A stretch of 64,000 nt of DNA from Narcine bancroftii (taxonomy: Eukaryota), in contig NC_091472.1 in assembly GCF_036971445.1 (NCBI RefSeq), positions 208,010,001 to 208,074,000 on the forward strand, written 5' to 3'. The notes beneath the pieces are model-generated. The model was not told the origin of the DNA, made no database searches, and saw nothing but the letters and a program-made list of their open reading frames with translations. How positions within the stretch are numbered: position 1 is the stretch's first letter; the number at the start of each line of letters is the position of its first letter. Positions 26,124 to 39,345 of this stretch are shown here, piece by piece. A program made the translations under genes and the position numbers.

Positions 26124-26398
26124 GTTGATGGAAGGAGAAGGAAAGAAAAGAATGGACTCAGTAGAATTTCTGGTGTTTTTTTTTTGTTGAGTGACAACAT
26201 TGTCTGACTGGTTTAATGTATCCTAGATTGTATACCTTAAATGGATGGGGGGGGGGGGGTGGGGGGGTGGGTTGGGAGGAGGGGGGGGGGGAGAAAATGT
26301 CACTGTATATGTGTGAAAAGGAAAAAGTGTGTATCATGGCTAATGTGATTTATGGTGTGAAAAATAAAAAAATTTAAAAAAAAGAGAGTACTCTATTT

Positions 26399-26880
26399 AA
26401 TTCTGGTCACCTCATTATAGGATATGGAACCTATGGAGAGGGTGCAGGGGAGATTTACCAGGTTATTACCTTGATTGGAAAATAACTCTTATGAACCAAA
26501 GTTAGTAGAGCTGGGACTTTTATCTTTGGAGCTTAGGATAATGGGAGACTAAATAGAAGTCTACAAGATAATGAGAGGCATAGATAGGGTGGACATTCAG
26601 CACTTGTTTCCCAGGACACAAACAGTAGAGGACAGAGGACATAAAGTATGTACAAAGTGAGGGGAGGGGAGTTTAGGGGAGACATCAGAGAAAAGTTTTC
26701 ACAAAGCATTTTGGGTGCCTGGAATTCAACTCTGGCATTGTGGTGGAGCTAGAAACATTAGGGGCATTTAAAAACTGGTACATGGATGGAAGAAGAATAA
26801 AGGATTACAGGGTAGAGAAGGCTTAGGACTTTTTAAAAGAAATATATGTATTGTCACAATGTTGAGGGCTGAAGGGCATG
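26399..26880 (+). mobile_element. CR1 3' fragment (continues 20455-20483)
   Basis: RPH(L)KVLYL..FWSPHYR..MERVQGRFTR..IEVYKIMRGIDRVD remnants split by the L1. Confidence 0.75.
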
Positions 26881-28201
26881 TTCTGTGCTGTAGTGTTCTG
26901 TGTTTAATCATGCAGGCCAGTGGCACCATCGGTGGGTCTGCTTTAAAGCAGGCTGGGGCAATGCTGAGGTGAGCCATGGTGGGGTCTCTGTCATGAGGGA
27001 CACAGACAAGTACTTTTGTGAGTGGGGAATCCAGAATGGTGCCAGGATCACGGAGTTCATTTGATAGATTTAAAGAACTTGGGATTCTTTAGATGTCCTG
27101 CCCGGCGTCAGCTTCCAAAATCTTGCATGTACTGCCTCATCCCTTTTCAAATCCATTTGCAAATTCTCATCATCCAAAGTTCCTGAACCTTTCCATCCCT
27201 GTTTTTATTCCTCACAAGAAGATGAGGATCCTGAATTCTAACCAAGTGGACTTTAGACAACTCCCAGTGTCAGATGTTAACATCTGCAATAACAGCTCCA
27301 GACCCACAATCACAGTTCCTGCGCAATATTGTCAGACTTGGTCTTTTAACACTTTACGCCAAATATCAGTCTGTTCAAGAACAATTGTAAAAACTACAGA
27401 GTAAGATAACTGGTCCAAATATGCATTCCCATGGGAAACTGGCTCTTTTCCCTATTCAAGGACAAGTCTGCATTATCCCTGGACAGAGTATCAAGAGTTT
27501 AAAGAAGCCCCCACCAACGATGCAAATCCAGCCTCTGGTACTCGGTGGCGAGGAAATTAAATAACTCACCACAACAACCATCAGGAGTTACTTTCTGTGA
27601 AGACAACTTAAAAACGAAGCAGCAGTGAAAAGATCCCTGGTGGACAAAGGAATTTTATTTTATTTTACAGCAATATTGAGCACAAGAGGGTAACCAGGGT
27701 AAGATTAGGAACTAAAAGAGTGAAGTGCGTGTGGAGCCAGAGGATGTGGGTGAGGTCCAAAACAAATATTTCTCATCAGTATTCACTGAGGCATTGTAAT
27801 AAGAGATTTCTGGGTAGGAGAGAGTGATGCTCCGGACCATATTTAAATTAAGTAAGAACTCTGTGACCACAGCTGAATGATGGATCAACGAGGTGTATTC
27901 CAGGGTACTGGTGGGGTAAGGGAGGAGATTGCTGGGATACCAACACTGGCCACAGGTGAGGTGTCGTGCCAACGTGACTGGAGGACAGCAACTGCAGACC
28001 CTTCATTCAAGGGTAAACCAACTAATTACAGGCCAGTGAGTCTAACATCAGTGACTGAATGAAGTCATGAATGACTGAGAGTTTATTTTCAGATTCAGAA
28101 GGACAAGGGAGAGATGTAATGAAAGTCTTACTTGCAGCAGCTTCCCAGTTGTGACAAACAGAAATTAAGATGCCATGAAGATGAAAAGCAAATTCTAATG
28201 T

Positions 28202-28407
28202 GCCCCTGGACAACAAAATGGGCCGTATCATCCCCAGGCACCTGCCGTTGTCCGTCCGCCACGACGAGGAGCTCAACAAAGTCCTTGGAAGGGTGAGCAT
28301 CACTCAGGGCGAGGAGCTGCCCAAGAAACCCAGCGGAGACAGTAAAGCCAAGAGCAAGTGAATTGCAGAATTATTGATCTGATGAACCAAAGCCTCTTTT
28401 CAGAGCC
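28202..28407 (+). pseudogene. Histone H2A 3' fragment pseudogene with stem-loop (28392-28407)
   Basis: [45 protein letters not shown] (stop 28359-28361) aligns to the H2A C-terminal half with an internal deletion. Confidence 0.88.
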
Positions 28408-29569
28408 ACTCATAGTATCTGTGGAAGGGCAACCACTGGCTACGCGAGTGCAAGGCATTTGCACTCGGTGTATTTGTCACTACTGATTCTCCACCCTGAC
28501 GCCTGGTCTGCCCTTCTGATGTGGTTCCTACCCCCTGGATTGTTCAACGATTTGTCTCTGTTGACCCTTGTACCTCCTGGGCGATTTATACAAAGGAATG
28601 AGGAAATGCTCACACTGGCACCTCTTATTGGTTCTGCGGGAATGCAGAGGCGCGTTTGTGATTGGTGGAGCAGGTCTTCACCTCGTTGATTACATAGAAA
28701 AAGCCTGAACATATAGGTGGCTCATTCACCAATGAATGGCAAAAAATCACCACGGTAAATACCCACATCACAGCAAGGCCTTGACTTTTGAAAAGCTCCC
28801 CAAAGAAAAAATATCTGACAAATTACCTTAAAAATCCGGAATCCAACACAATCCTGATGCTGTGAGACCAGCTGAATTCCTCCTGCATTTATGTCTGTGA
28901 TTACCTGCATTGGAGGAGATCCAAGGAGAAAGTGGGATAGATGTTTTCTCGTTTCCCAGAGTGATGGGAGTGGATGCAGAAGAGGAACAGAGTCTGTTTC
29001 CCATGGGGGGGGGGGGGGGTGAGACTGGGGTGAATGGGTTGCAGGTTAGAAATAGGGGATTTAAAGTGAGCTGAAGATAAATATTTCAAATACAGCGTAA
29101 TTGGTGTCTTGAATGAACCGCCAGAGGATGTGGTCGAGACAAGAACATTAACAACATTTCAGAGGCATCTGCAGAATTACTTGAATGAACAGGACATTGA
29201 GAGAGTTGGAATTAATGTGGGCAGGTGGATTTGATGTAGATAGTCATCACAAACATGTTGGGCCATAATCACTGGTTTCTCAGTCTTCAAACCCCTGGTA
29301 ATAAGACTCCACCCTGTCTGCAGTGGACTGGCCTAGAGTGGCCCTTCATTCTGAGCTTGCATCATTTCAATTGTGAATCTGTAGGGGTCATCAACTGCAT
29401 CCGGTGCTCCCATTGGGTCCTTCTCTGGATCAGAGACAGCGCGTAGATTGGGAGATGCTTTGCTGAGCACCTTCCCTCTGTCCACACTAGTGACAGAGAA
29501 CATGTGGTGGCCAACCAATTCCATAATGTCAGTCCATGATCTCATGTACTGAAAAACCAAAGACACTTG

Positions 29570-29900
29570 TAAGTAAGACGACGAACACCTACTAATTCAT
29601 CTGGGCACTCACCAACCAGAACATATTAACATGGACATCTCCAGTTTCCTACTCTGGGTCTCTTTCTTTCCCCTCTCTGTCACCTTTCCTCCATCTCCCA
29701 CCTCCTTTTCCTATCCTACCATCTACAACAAACAATCTAATCTTTTCTCTCTTCTACCCTCCCAACTGTATATTTGTGACCTCCTATCTGTTATCCTTCC
29801 TTGACAATTCCTCCATCCTCTCTTATTCTCCACTCCTCTCCCCACCTTGACGAAGGCCCCAGGCCCAAAACATTGCACTCGACACCAACCTCTGCAGACT
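29570..29900 (+). mobile_element. Penelope-like element 3' remnant
   Basis: GIY-YIG tail-like EHLLIHLGTHQPEHINMDISSF, a pyrimidine-rich tract and TGACGAAGG..GGCCCAAAAC. Confidence 0.6.
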
Positions 29901-31145
29901 TTCTTGTTTAACTTAGTTAAATCTTGGTTTAATCTTCGATCGATACACAATAGTTCTGATTAATTTCTTAAACTGTGTAGAAATGTTCAAATAATATGGG
30001 GACAGGATCATTGGAAGAAAGACCACACTTGTCCATCATTATGTTGAAGCCACACAAAGGTGTTTGGACACTCTTGACTAGAAGAGGTAAAGAAATGGTT
30101 ATGACATTGTACAAAGAGCTCTCACTGTGAGTTTGTACCCAAATCATCCATCATGCAAGTCACAGGAGATACTGCTAAAAAGCAGAATGCAATATATATT
30201 GCCAATAGTTTTGAGCATTTTGGAGATTTTAGTCCGAATGCTTTGGTCAGCAGCACAGAACAAATATGAGCACATTGACGGTCGCTTTGACAATCTTATT
30301 TTCAACCAATGTTCAGGAAGGTTAAAAAAAGTGGACTGTACAATCAGTCAGCCTTTGGTTTGTTCTCACCTTATTTGTAACCCAAAGTCCAATTTCACCT
30401 ACTGTTAATGAAACAGTTGATTTGCTTTCTCTCCAAGTAAAATACAGCCAGTTTAGTGGGTGAGTTTTGGATTTGCTAATGCATCTGTCATATAAAATCA
30501 GAGAACATGACAAAACTTCAAGGCCACGAGGTTGCGCCAACCTAATCCACAATTTATTTTTTCCTGACTTCACTCCCACCCCCCTTGAATCAATAAGTTT
30601 TTTGAATATCCTTATTATCCCAGCCAACACACACCACTCTGAGTAAAATACTCAACTCTGACCTCTCCATTCACCTTAAACAGATTTTATTTATGAATTT
30701 TAAACCAGAAGGATTACTATTGTATTAAACTGCTCCAGGCTCTTCTATTTCTTAAAAAATAGTGTCTGAGCTGTTGGGGTTGATAAACATTGTGATAAAT
30801 GGAGCAGAAGATGTGGAAAATGAGCAAATATCACCATTGAGTGAAAGTGAACAGAAAACAGAACGAGATCACAGAATAGCTTGAAGCAAGTCGTTGTGTT
30901 CATTCGGGCATTAAAGAGGAAGCAGCAAATAGAGGAAGTTCAGAGATGGGGGTTGAGAGGACAGAACTGGGGTATCAAATCCTAATGGGGAAGGGAGGGA
31001 AACATGACGGGACAAGGGGAGTGAAACACCTAAATGAGTGAGGGTCAGACACCTCGTCTCCTTTCCCCCTGCAGCAAGGAGCCATCGAGGCACAGTAACC
31101 ATATAACCATTAACAGGCACAGCACTTTTCGTCTGGCGGGCTAGT

Positions 31146-31161
31146 GGCTCTTAAAAGAGCC
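31146..31161 (-). terminator. Histone 3' stem-loop of H3 with downstream HDE
   Basis: GGCTCTTTTAAGAGCC followed by purine-rich GAAAAGTGCTG. Confidence 0.95.
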
Positions 31162-31190
31162 GTTGGTGGTTGTTGGTGTCGAGGCAGGGT

Positions 31191-31915
<725 letters not shown>

Positions 31916-32212
31916 CGAACTGGCCCCGAAATAATGGGGTCGGGGAGGTTACAAAGAAATTCTTCCCCTGAAATGAGGGAAAGCCTCCTGATCAATTAAT
32001 GAACCCTGACTTTGATGTTTTTTGTCGATTCCCTTTGGATGATGACTGGATCTGCTCCCCACCCCACTGTGTGTGACGAGTGGTGCGGACTGACTGAACC
32101 GCAGCTGGAGCTGAGGGGGGGGGGGGGGGGTGATTCAGCTGTGCCGGATACTGGGGAGAAGCGGCTGTTACCCATTGGGAAGTTTCCAGCCGGTTTTCGT
32201 GTGCGTGCATTA

Positions 32213-32805
<593 letters not shown>

Positions 32806-33671
32806 GATGCCGCTTCAGTGACAGAGCCACTGCGGCTGTCTGCTCTTCGACACAGCACCCCGACCTGCACGAGAAACGTGCAGAGTAAAGGGGAGGGGAC
32901 GAGACGGGGCCAGAGTGACGGCAGAGCGGAGAGCGGCCTCTCATCTTCCAGCTCCGCCCTGGGTCGTGCAGCCGCCAATTGCCTACCGTTTATCGGCAGC
33001 AGAACCGAAACAGGGTATGGGCGCAGCAGACACGCTCTTTATTTCATGGGACTGAGGAGCAGAAGTGGTCATCCGGCCCTTCGATGCTGCCCCACCGCCG
33101 TCCAATGAGATCAGAGCTGACCTGGCCGTGGCCTCAGCTCCATTCACCCTCCTGTTCTCCAAAACACTTAATTCCCCTCTTATAAATAAAATATATTTGC
33201 CCGTGTCTCAAACAGATTGAAGGAGGTTGCCTCTACTGCTTCACAGGGAAGAGATTTCCATGGATTTACTCATCTCTGGAAAAAACAGTTCCTCCTCCTC
33301 CTCATCTGGCTTCTCAGTGTCCTCCCCGAATCTTCAATGCACGTCCTCGAGTTCCAGACTCCGGCCATTTCACCCCCGAAACCTGCCTCCTCTGCCCGAC
33401 TGGTCCGCAGTCTACCGCCTTAACCTGGCCACTGTGGGGAACCTACCTGCGTTGGGCAGCGGGGATTCTCCACGCGTGTCCCCCTCTCACTGACTCTCTC
33501 CCCCGGAATCTGCCCGAGACGTGGCGGCTACAGCGAATTTACTGAGGATCGCGGAGTTTAAAGGAAATGATTCCCCCCCCCCCCCCCCCCCCCCACCACG
33601 CTCCTCAATGCGAGTTCGTTCTCATTTTAAGAAACACATGATTGGGTTCAGCGCTTCACTGAAATGTAGGT

Positions 33672-33687
33672 GGCTCTGAGAAGAGCC
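33672..33687 (-). terminator. Histone stem-loop of H1 copy A
   Basis: GGCTCTTCTCAGAGCC followed by ACCTA. Confidence 0.95.
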
Positions 33688-33723
33688 GTTGGGGTCAGTA
33701 CTTTACGAGTTGTGCTTTTGAAT

Positions 33724-34416
33724 TCACTTCTTGGCCGCTGTTTTGGGTTTTGATTTCCGCTGGGCAACTTTTTTCGTCGCCTTTCCTTTGGTGACTGAGG
33801 CCTTCTTGGCCGCTGGCTTCTTCGGAGCCGCCTTCTTGGCCGCTGGCTTCTTCGGAGCCGCCTTCTTGGCCGCTGGCTTCTTCGGAGCAGCCTTCTTAGG
33901 CGCCGTCCTTTTAGTCGCTGCTGCCTTAGCCCCTTGTTTCTTAGCGGAAAATTTCTTGGGCGTTGATTTCTTAGAGACAGATTTCTTGCTCACTGCTTTT
34001 TTGGGTGAAGATCTCTTCATCACGGTCTTCCTTTGCTTCGATACCGTGGCCGCTGATTTCTTCGCTTTCTTTGCCAGTTTCACGGTTCCTTCTTTCTTCG
34101 GGACCTTAAAGCGGCCCGCCAAACCCGCATGACTGTCCTGAACCAGGGCGCCACTCTTCAATTTCATCTTGATGCTCATCTTGATGCGCTTGTCCAATTG
34201 CTTCACATCGACTCCATGGGCGGACAGAGCCTTCTTCATGGCAATTACGGACATCCCTTTCCGATCACGGCAATCCGCCACAGTCTTGATGATCTGATCG
34301 CCCAGCTTGGGACCACCTGTGTTGGAGCGAGCGTTCACCTTCTTCTTCTTGGGAGCCTTAGTTTGGGCTGCGGGGGCGGCAGGAGGAGCTGCCTCGGCGG
34401 CTGCGGTCTCTGTCAT
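33724..34416 (-). CDS. H1: Linker histone H1, divergent, 230 aa (copy A)
   Basis: MTETA start, winged-helix-like globular domain, K/A/P-rich tail with 30-bp KKAAPKKPAA repeats, stem-loop, and H1-box AAACACA upstream (~34556-34562). Confidence 0.95.
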   Translation of the reverse strand: MTETAAAEAAPPAAPAAQTKAPKKKKVNARSNTGGPKLGDQIIKTVADCRDRKGMSVIAMKKALSAHGVDVKQLDKRIKMSIKMKLKSGALVQDSHAGLAGRFKVPKKEGTVKLAKKAKKSAATVSKQRKTVMKRSSPKKAVSKKSVSKKSTPKKFSAKKQGAKAAATKRTAPKKAAPKKPAAKKAAPKKPAAKKAAPKKPAAKKASVTKGKATKKVAQRKSKPKTAAKK

Positions 34417-35445
34417 GTCGGTCAGTCTCCAACAATCTCTGCTGCTAAAAACCGAGTGAGAAATGAAGCGAGAGGCGGCGGCACAGAGCAACTTAAAGGC
34501 AGTGAGCGGACGGGGTGGAGACATCTCGCTGTCAGCTCCCGGCCCCTCCACCGTCTGTGTTTCTTCCACTTCCAAATTTCTCCGAATCTAATGAAAGTCG
34601 GAAACACAGGAGCCCCAGACAGACCCCTGTCCGACTCCGAGGCCGGAATCTTTGCTGGAAACGCAGTGAGATCCAATTCAAAGGAAGCGCTCGCCATTTA
34701 AACCCGTTTCATTGCTGCACTGATCGCATTCATTGAACATGTTCGCTGCTTTTCGACGGAAAAATTAAAACCAAAGAAAACTTTGTGGTCCATTCCCTCT
34801 TCAGGACAGAGGCGGGGGGCGGCGCTATCCCGTGACGGAAATTTTTTTTCGTTGTCCACAGGAGGGGATGACAATTCGGGCGATGAGTTCGGACCCACAA
34901 ACACACCGACTTTGGTCTAAGGCAACGCCCCTTGAACACACTCTCCATGACACCATATTCCCATCTGCACATTCACAACACCAAACATTAACCACTGCAG
35001 ACTCCAGGACAGGTTTATCCCTCTGCTCCATATGTGCTGCGGATTCTCGGAGTGACTTGTCGTTTCTCAGCTCTGTCTATAATAACTCTCCGGGGCCGGC
35101 GCCCCTCACGGTCTCTCAACCTTGGATTCTAATCCGCCTCATCTCTTACATAATTTTCCTTTGAATAATTTGGTTCCGATAAATACTAACCTTGCTTTTA
35201 TGATTGTAAGAAATCAACTTACATATTTGGGTGAATCAATTATTAAACATTATAAACACTCGAAGAAAATATTTTAACTTTAATAAAATACATGAGAGGG
35301 GCGTCATCATATTGGTCACCCCTTTCTTTATTATTGGTTGGTCGAATCAACACTATTAAAATGAATATATCATCTACATTTATATACCCTTTTCAGGCTT
35401 TGCCTGTTTTTATTCCTGTCTTTTTTTTATTCCCCTGATTCAATC

Positions 35446-36659
35446 TTTTTATAAACATTAAAACATTACAGCACTGTTCAGGCCCCGTGGTCCTCCATGT
35501 TGTTCCAAACCATATGAAAGTGCTAAAACCTCCCTACCCTATAACCCTCTACTTTTCTTTCATCCCTGTGCCTTTTAAAGGCCCCTAATGTTTCATCCTC
35601 TACCTCCATGCCTGGCCAGGCCTCAACAACTCTCTGTGTAAATTAACCTACCCTTGATGTCTCTCCTACACTTCCCTTCCTTAATCATATACATGTGTCC
35701 TCTAATTGTAGTTATCCCAAACAGGTATTGGCTGTACAACCTATTTATGCCTTTCATAATTTTGTAGACCTTGATCAAGACATTCCAAACAGAAGATTCC
35801 CAGCTTTGCCAACTGTGAGAGATGGGAAAACTGATCTAAAATTATGAACATGAAGGAAACTGAAATTCATACATCAGTTAATAGCTGTAACCAGTACAAG
35901 CAGGATGAGCTTGGGAATTAGGATGCAGGAAAGCAGAGTCAGCACGATTAACATAAGAATCTTCTAGTCTTTGTGACAAGATCAATGAGCCACCATAAGA
36001 ATAAGATAAGGAGCGGTAAGGAACAATAGAATAGGAAGTTGAGGTAGTCTGGATTGACAGAAGTGCCAAGTTCTACATATCTAATTACAAAGTTATACAT
36101 ATTAAATTAGTCAACCCTAGACAGGATGAGCCAACTCTACATACCAAGAGACTGTAGCTCCGAGAATCAGGAAGGTGTGAATAAGGATAATAACATGAAG
36201 GGACACCGACAGGATACCCCCTGGTCCTCCAAGTATACTGAAACTGCACGTAGGCAGGAAGGATTGCCTCTGCAAAACCCATCCAGGGGGCAGAAGAATG
36301 TAAGGGGGAGGGTATTCTGATACTGAAATTTACTGTATAAAAGTTGGGTGAGCCCCAGTGTATGTGTGTATTCCCAGGGTAAGGGGAAGCACCCAACTTT
36401 GCATTGTTGTTGTAATAAATGTTCTTTGTTCTCAATATTTGTCTCGAGCAATTTCTTTAAAGGTAATTCTGTTTCTAACACAACCTTGCCTCATAAGACA
36501 TGCCCTCCAATTCAGGCAAAATCCTGGTAAATCTCCTCTGCACCCTTTCCATAGCCTCAACATCCTTCCTATAATGAGGCAACAAGAACTGGACACAATA
36601 TTCCAAATGTGGTCTCACAAGAGACTTATAAAGCTGCCACAGGACTTCTCTAATCCCAC
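35446..36659 (-). mobile_element. CR1 3' fragment hosting the solo LTR and the provirus
   Basis: LYKSLVRPHLEYCVQFLLPHYRKDVEAMERVQRRFTR in ORF 36475..36753; continues left of 35814. Confidence 0.8.
35814..36480 (+). mobile_element. ERV solo LTR (variant U3)
   Basis: TGTGAGA...TCTAACA, TSD CAAC on both sides, TATAAAA and AATAAA. Confidence 0.95.
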
Positions 36660-37442
36660 TGTGAGAGATGAGAAAAACTGATATTGCAATATGAACATGA
36701 AGAAATGAAGAAAATAAAATTGATACATAAGTAAATGAATGAAGCCAGTACAAACAACATGAGACATGGATATTAGAAGGCAGGAAGCTGACACTTTGTC
36801 TGAGTAAGATAAGAATCTCCTAGCCCTTCAGACAGAATCAGCAAGTTCACTGAATGAAGGAGATAAGGACAGACAATTGATGATAGAAGTAGAGTTAGTC
36901 TGAACGAGATAAGGGTCTCCAAGCCCCAGATATAATTAGCAAGGCTTGCATAAATAATTAAAAACCTTAGACAGTATAAGCCAGTTCTACATATATAATT
37001 AGTAAGCCATTACACAGATTTATCAAGTTATGTATATTAAACTAGTAAACCCTAAACAGGATTAGCGAACTCTGCATATGAAGAGACTGTAGCTCTGAGA
37101 GGTGTGAATGGGGACAAGGGCAAGGTTGTGAATAAGGACAATGGGGATAATGACATGAGAAGACACCGACATGATACCCCCTGGTCCTCCAAGTCCACTG
37201 AAACTGCACGTAGGCAGGAAGGATTGCCTATGCCAAACCCATCCAGGGGGCAGAAGAATGTAAGGGGGAGGGTATTCTGATACTGAAATTCACTGTATAA
37301 AAGTTGGGTGAGCCCCAGTGTATGTGTGTATTCCCAGGGTAAGGGGAAGCACCCAACTTTGCATTGTTGTTGTAATAAATGTTCTTTGTTCTCAATATTT
37401 GTCTCAAGCAATTTCTTTAAAGGTACTTCTGTTTCTAACAAA

Positions 37443-37460
37443 TGGGGGCTCGTCCGGGAT
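37443..37460 (+). promoter_or_regulatory. Primer-binding site, tRNA-Pro
   Basis: TGGGGGCTCGTCCGGGAT, the canonical MLV-type PBS-Pro, 2 nt after the LTR CA. Confidence 0.97.
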
Positions 37461-37673
37461 CACACTCCCTCGACTGACAGAGTGCCCGACGATGAGAGTA
37501 GGTGCACCCCAGCTTATTCAGCTGGACTCATGGACGACGGGTGGCTGGTCAGTGGAAGAAGCAAGTGATATCTGAGGAGAGTCATTGAGAACAAACGACG
37601 GAAGGACGTTAAGGAAGCGCGCTAGAGCATTGCTACTGGAACCCGGTAAGAGGAATTTTACTTGCCTATCAGT

Positions 37674-39345
37674 ATGGGAAGTGTGATAGTCTTGGGAAGA
37701 GAGTCTTGGTAAAGGATGTGAGAATCAGATAACTACGTACAGCCCGCTTGGGTTGATGTTATCTGAGTGGGGCATGGGAAGGACCCGTGGAAAGGACAAA
37801 CTGATCATGGTCAGGTATTGTTGTATAGAATGGGTTAAAAGCCCGATTAAAGGGAGCTCCGTGTACTAGCCAAAGCTCGGATCCGAGGATGACTGGATGT
37901 GTCAAGCATTGAACATCTGGCTCTATCAAAACCAGAGAGATAATCTTGAGAGCAGGGAATATGCAGCCTGCTGGCTCAGGGGATCGTTTGATCAATTGGT
38001 TTTGAATGAAAAAGAATACAAGGACAAGAGAGAGGAGGAACCTTTTGTCCCTGAACCACAAGGGTGGGATGTGCTACATTCCCTCCCTCCACCTTATGTT
38101 CCTCCCCCTCCTATGACCTACCCTTCTGCACCTCCCCCTCCTCCCCCACCACTAGAGAAGAGAGCAGGAGTCGTATGATAACTCACTCACAAAGCATTCG
38201 ATTACCACCTCCGTTGACAGGAGAGAGAGGTAACTTTAATTTAGAACAGTGTGAGACTCTTCAGGAAGAAAGGGCAGAACCCTTCAATTCATTTCCCAGG
38301 GAGCAGGAACCCAGACCTAATAAGCCAGAAACCAACTGGATGCGAACCCTGCGGGAAGTTCCCATGGGAGAGGGTCTCGGTTTCGTAAATGTGCCCCTGA
38401 CCAGTACTAAAGTGCGTAACTTTAAGAAAGAACTGACCTCCCTGATAGAAGATCCCCAGGGATGTGCCGAACAGTTAGACCAATTTTTGGGACCAAATCT
38501 ATATACTTGGGAGGAGTTAACATCTATCTTTAAGACTCTGTTTACTTTGGATGAGCGTGGAATGATCCGCCAGGCAGGGATTAGAGTCTGGGATAAGGAT
38601 CACCAAGGGGGACCAGATGCGGTACCTGGAGAAGCTAAATTCCCCTTGGCTAGACCTAATTGGGATAAAAATACCAATGATGGTCGGGTATTGATGGAAG
38701 AATACAGGGTTAATTTGATGAGGAATCAAGGAATCTGTCCCAAAGGGACAGAATTTTAAGAAAGCCTTTGAGGTTCCCCAAGGTCCCGAGGAGACCCCCT
38801 CTGCATTTCTGAATAGATTGCGCACGGCAATACAGCAATATGGGGGTCTCGACATAGAATCCCCAGCAGGGGAACAATTGGTACTAACGGGTTTTGTTAC
38901 CAACTCAGCCCCAGACATTAGAAGAAAATTACAAAGGATGGAAAATTGGCATGAGCAAGGAATTACCCAGCTACTACAGATTGCACAGAAAGCATTTGTC
39001 CAGAGGTCTGAAGATAAGCAGAAAGGGAAGGCGAAAATTTTAATGCAAGCAGTCAAAGAAATAGTAGATGAGCAACATGAAAAAGGTAGGGACTATGTGC
39101 CAGCTCCTGCACGCGGTGAGGGGAGCCACGGGTGGGGAAGTGGGGACCCCAGTAGATGGAGGAGTAGAGGAGGATTCCGGGGATGGCGACCCTTCCCGGG
39201 GACCCCTAGAAACCCAGGTAGAGATTGGGAAACAGGAGCATTTGTCTGTTTCCATTGTAAAAAGGAAGGACACTTTAAAAAGGATTGCCCACTGCGAGCC
39301 AGGGACACGCGATCCTATGCCCTGATGGAAGCAGATTATGAATAG
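37674..39345 (+). pseudogene. gag: ERV gag (MA, PPPY late motif, CA, NC), frameshifted
   Basis: LPPPYVP, FVNVPLTSTKVRNFKKEL, MHR QGPEETPSAFLNRL and CFHCKKEGHFKKDC; ends TAG-GGGGG. Confidence 0.9.

Larger units (their letters stand above)
20484..26383 (+). mobile_element. Full-length L1-clade LINE inserted in a CR1 fragment
   Basis: TSD AGTACTCTATTT (20472-20483 and 26387-26398); 5' GGGGGGAGTCACGTG; ORF1, ORF2, G-rich 3' UTR, AATAAA plus A tail. Confidence 0.97.

Noticed and set aside
29845-29880. Penelope-type minimal hammerhead ribozyme
   Set aside because: The core is mutated (TTGACGA instead of CTGANGA; CAAA instead of GAAA), so it is unlikely to be active.
29950-31100. Unique-looking sequence downstream of H3 with short ORFs
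   Set aside because: No recognisable motifs or consistent splice pattern, and no paralogue in the window to test conservation.
33573-33594. Long poly-C/poly-G runs (also ~26250, 32115, 58935, 62715)
   Set aside because: Simple homopolymers of variable length with no further structure.
34417-34575. 53-aa N-terminal extension of H1 in the ORF track (also 61741-61899)
   Set aside because: Starts at TTG and spans the H1-box promoter; the true start is MTETA.
33731-34701. Antisense ORFs over H1 (and over H3, L1 ORF1, RTE and CR1)
   Set aside because: Shadow frames caused by codon bias and repeats on the coding strand.
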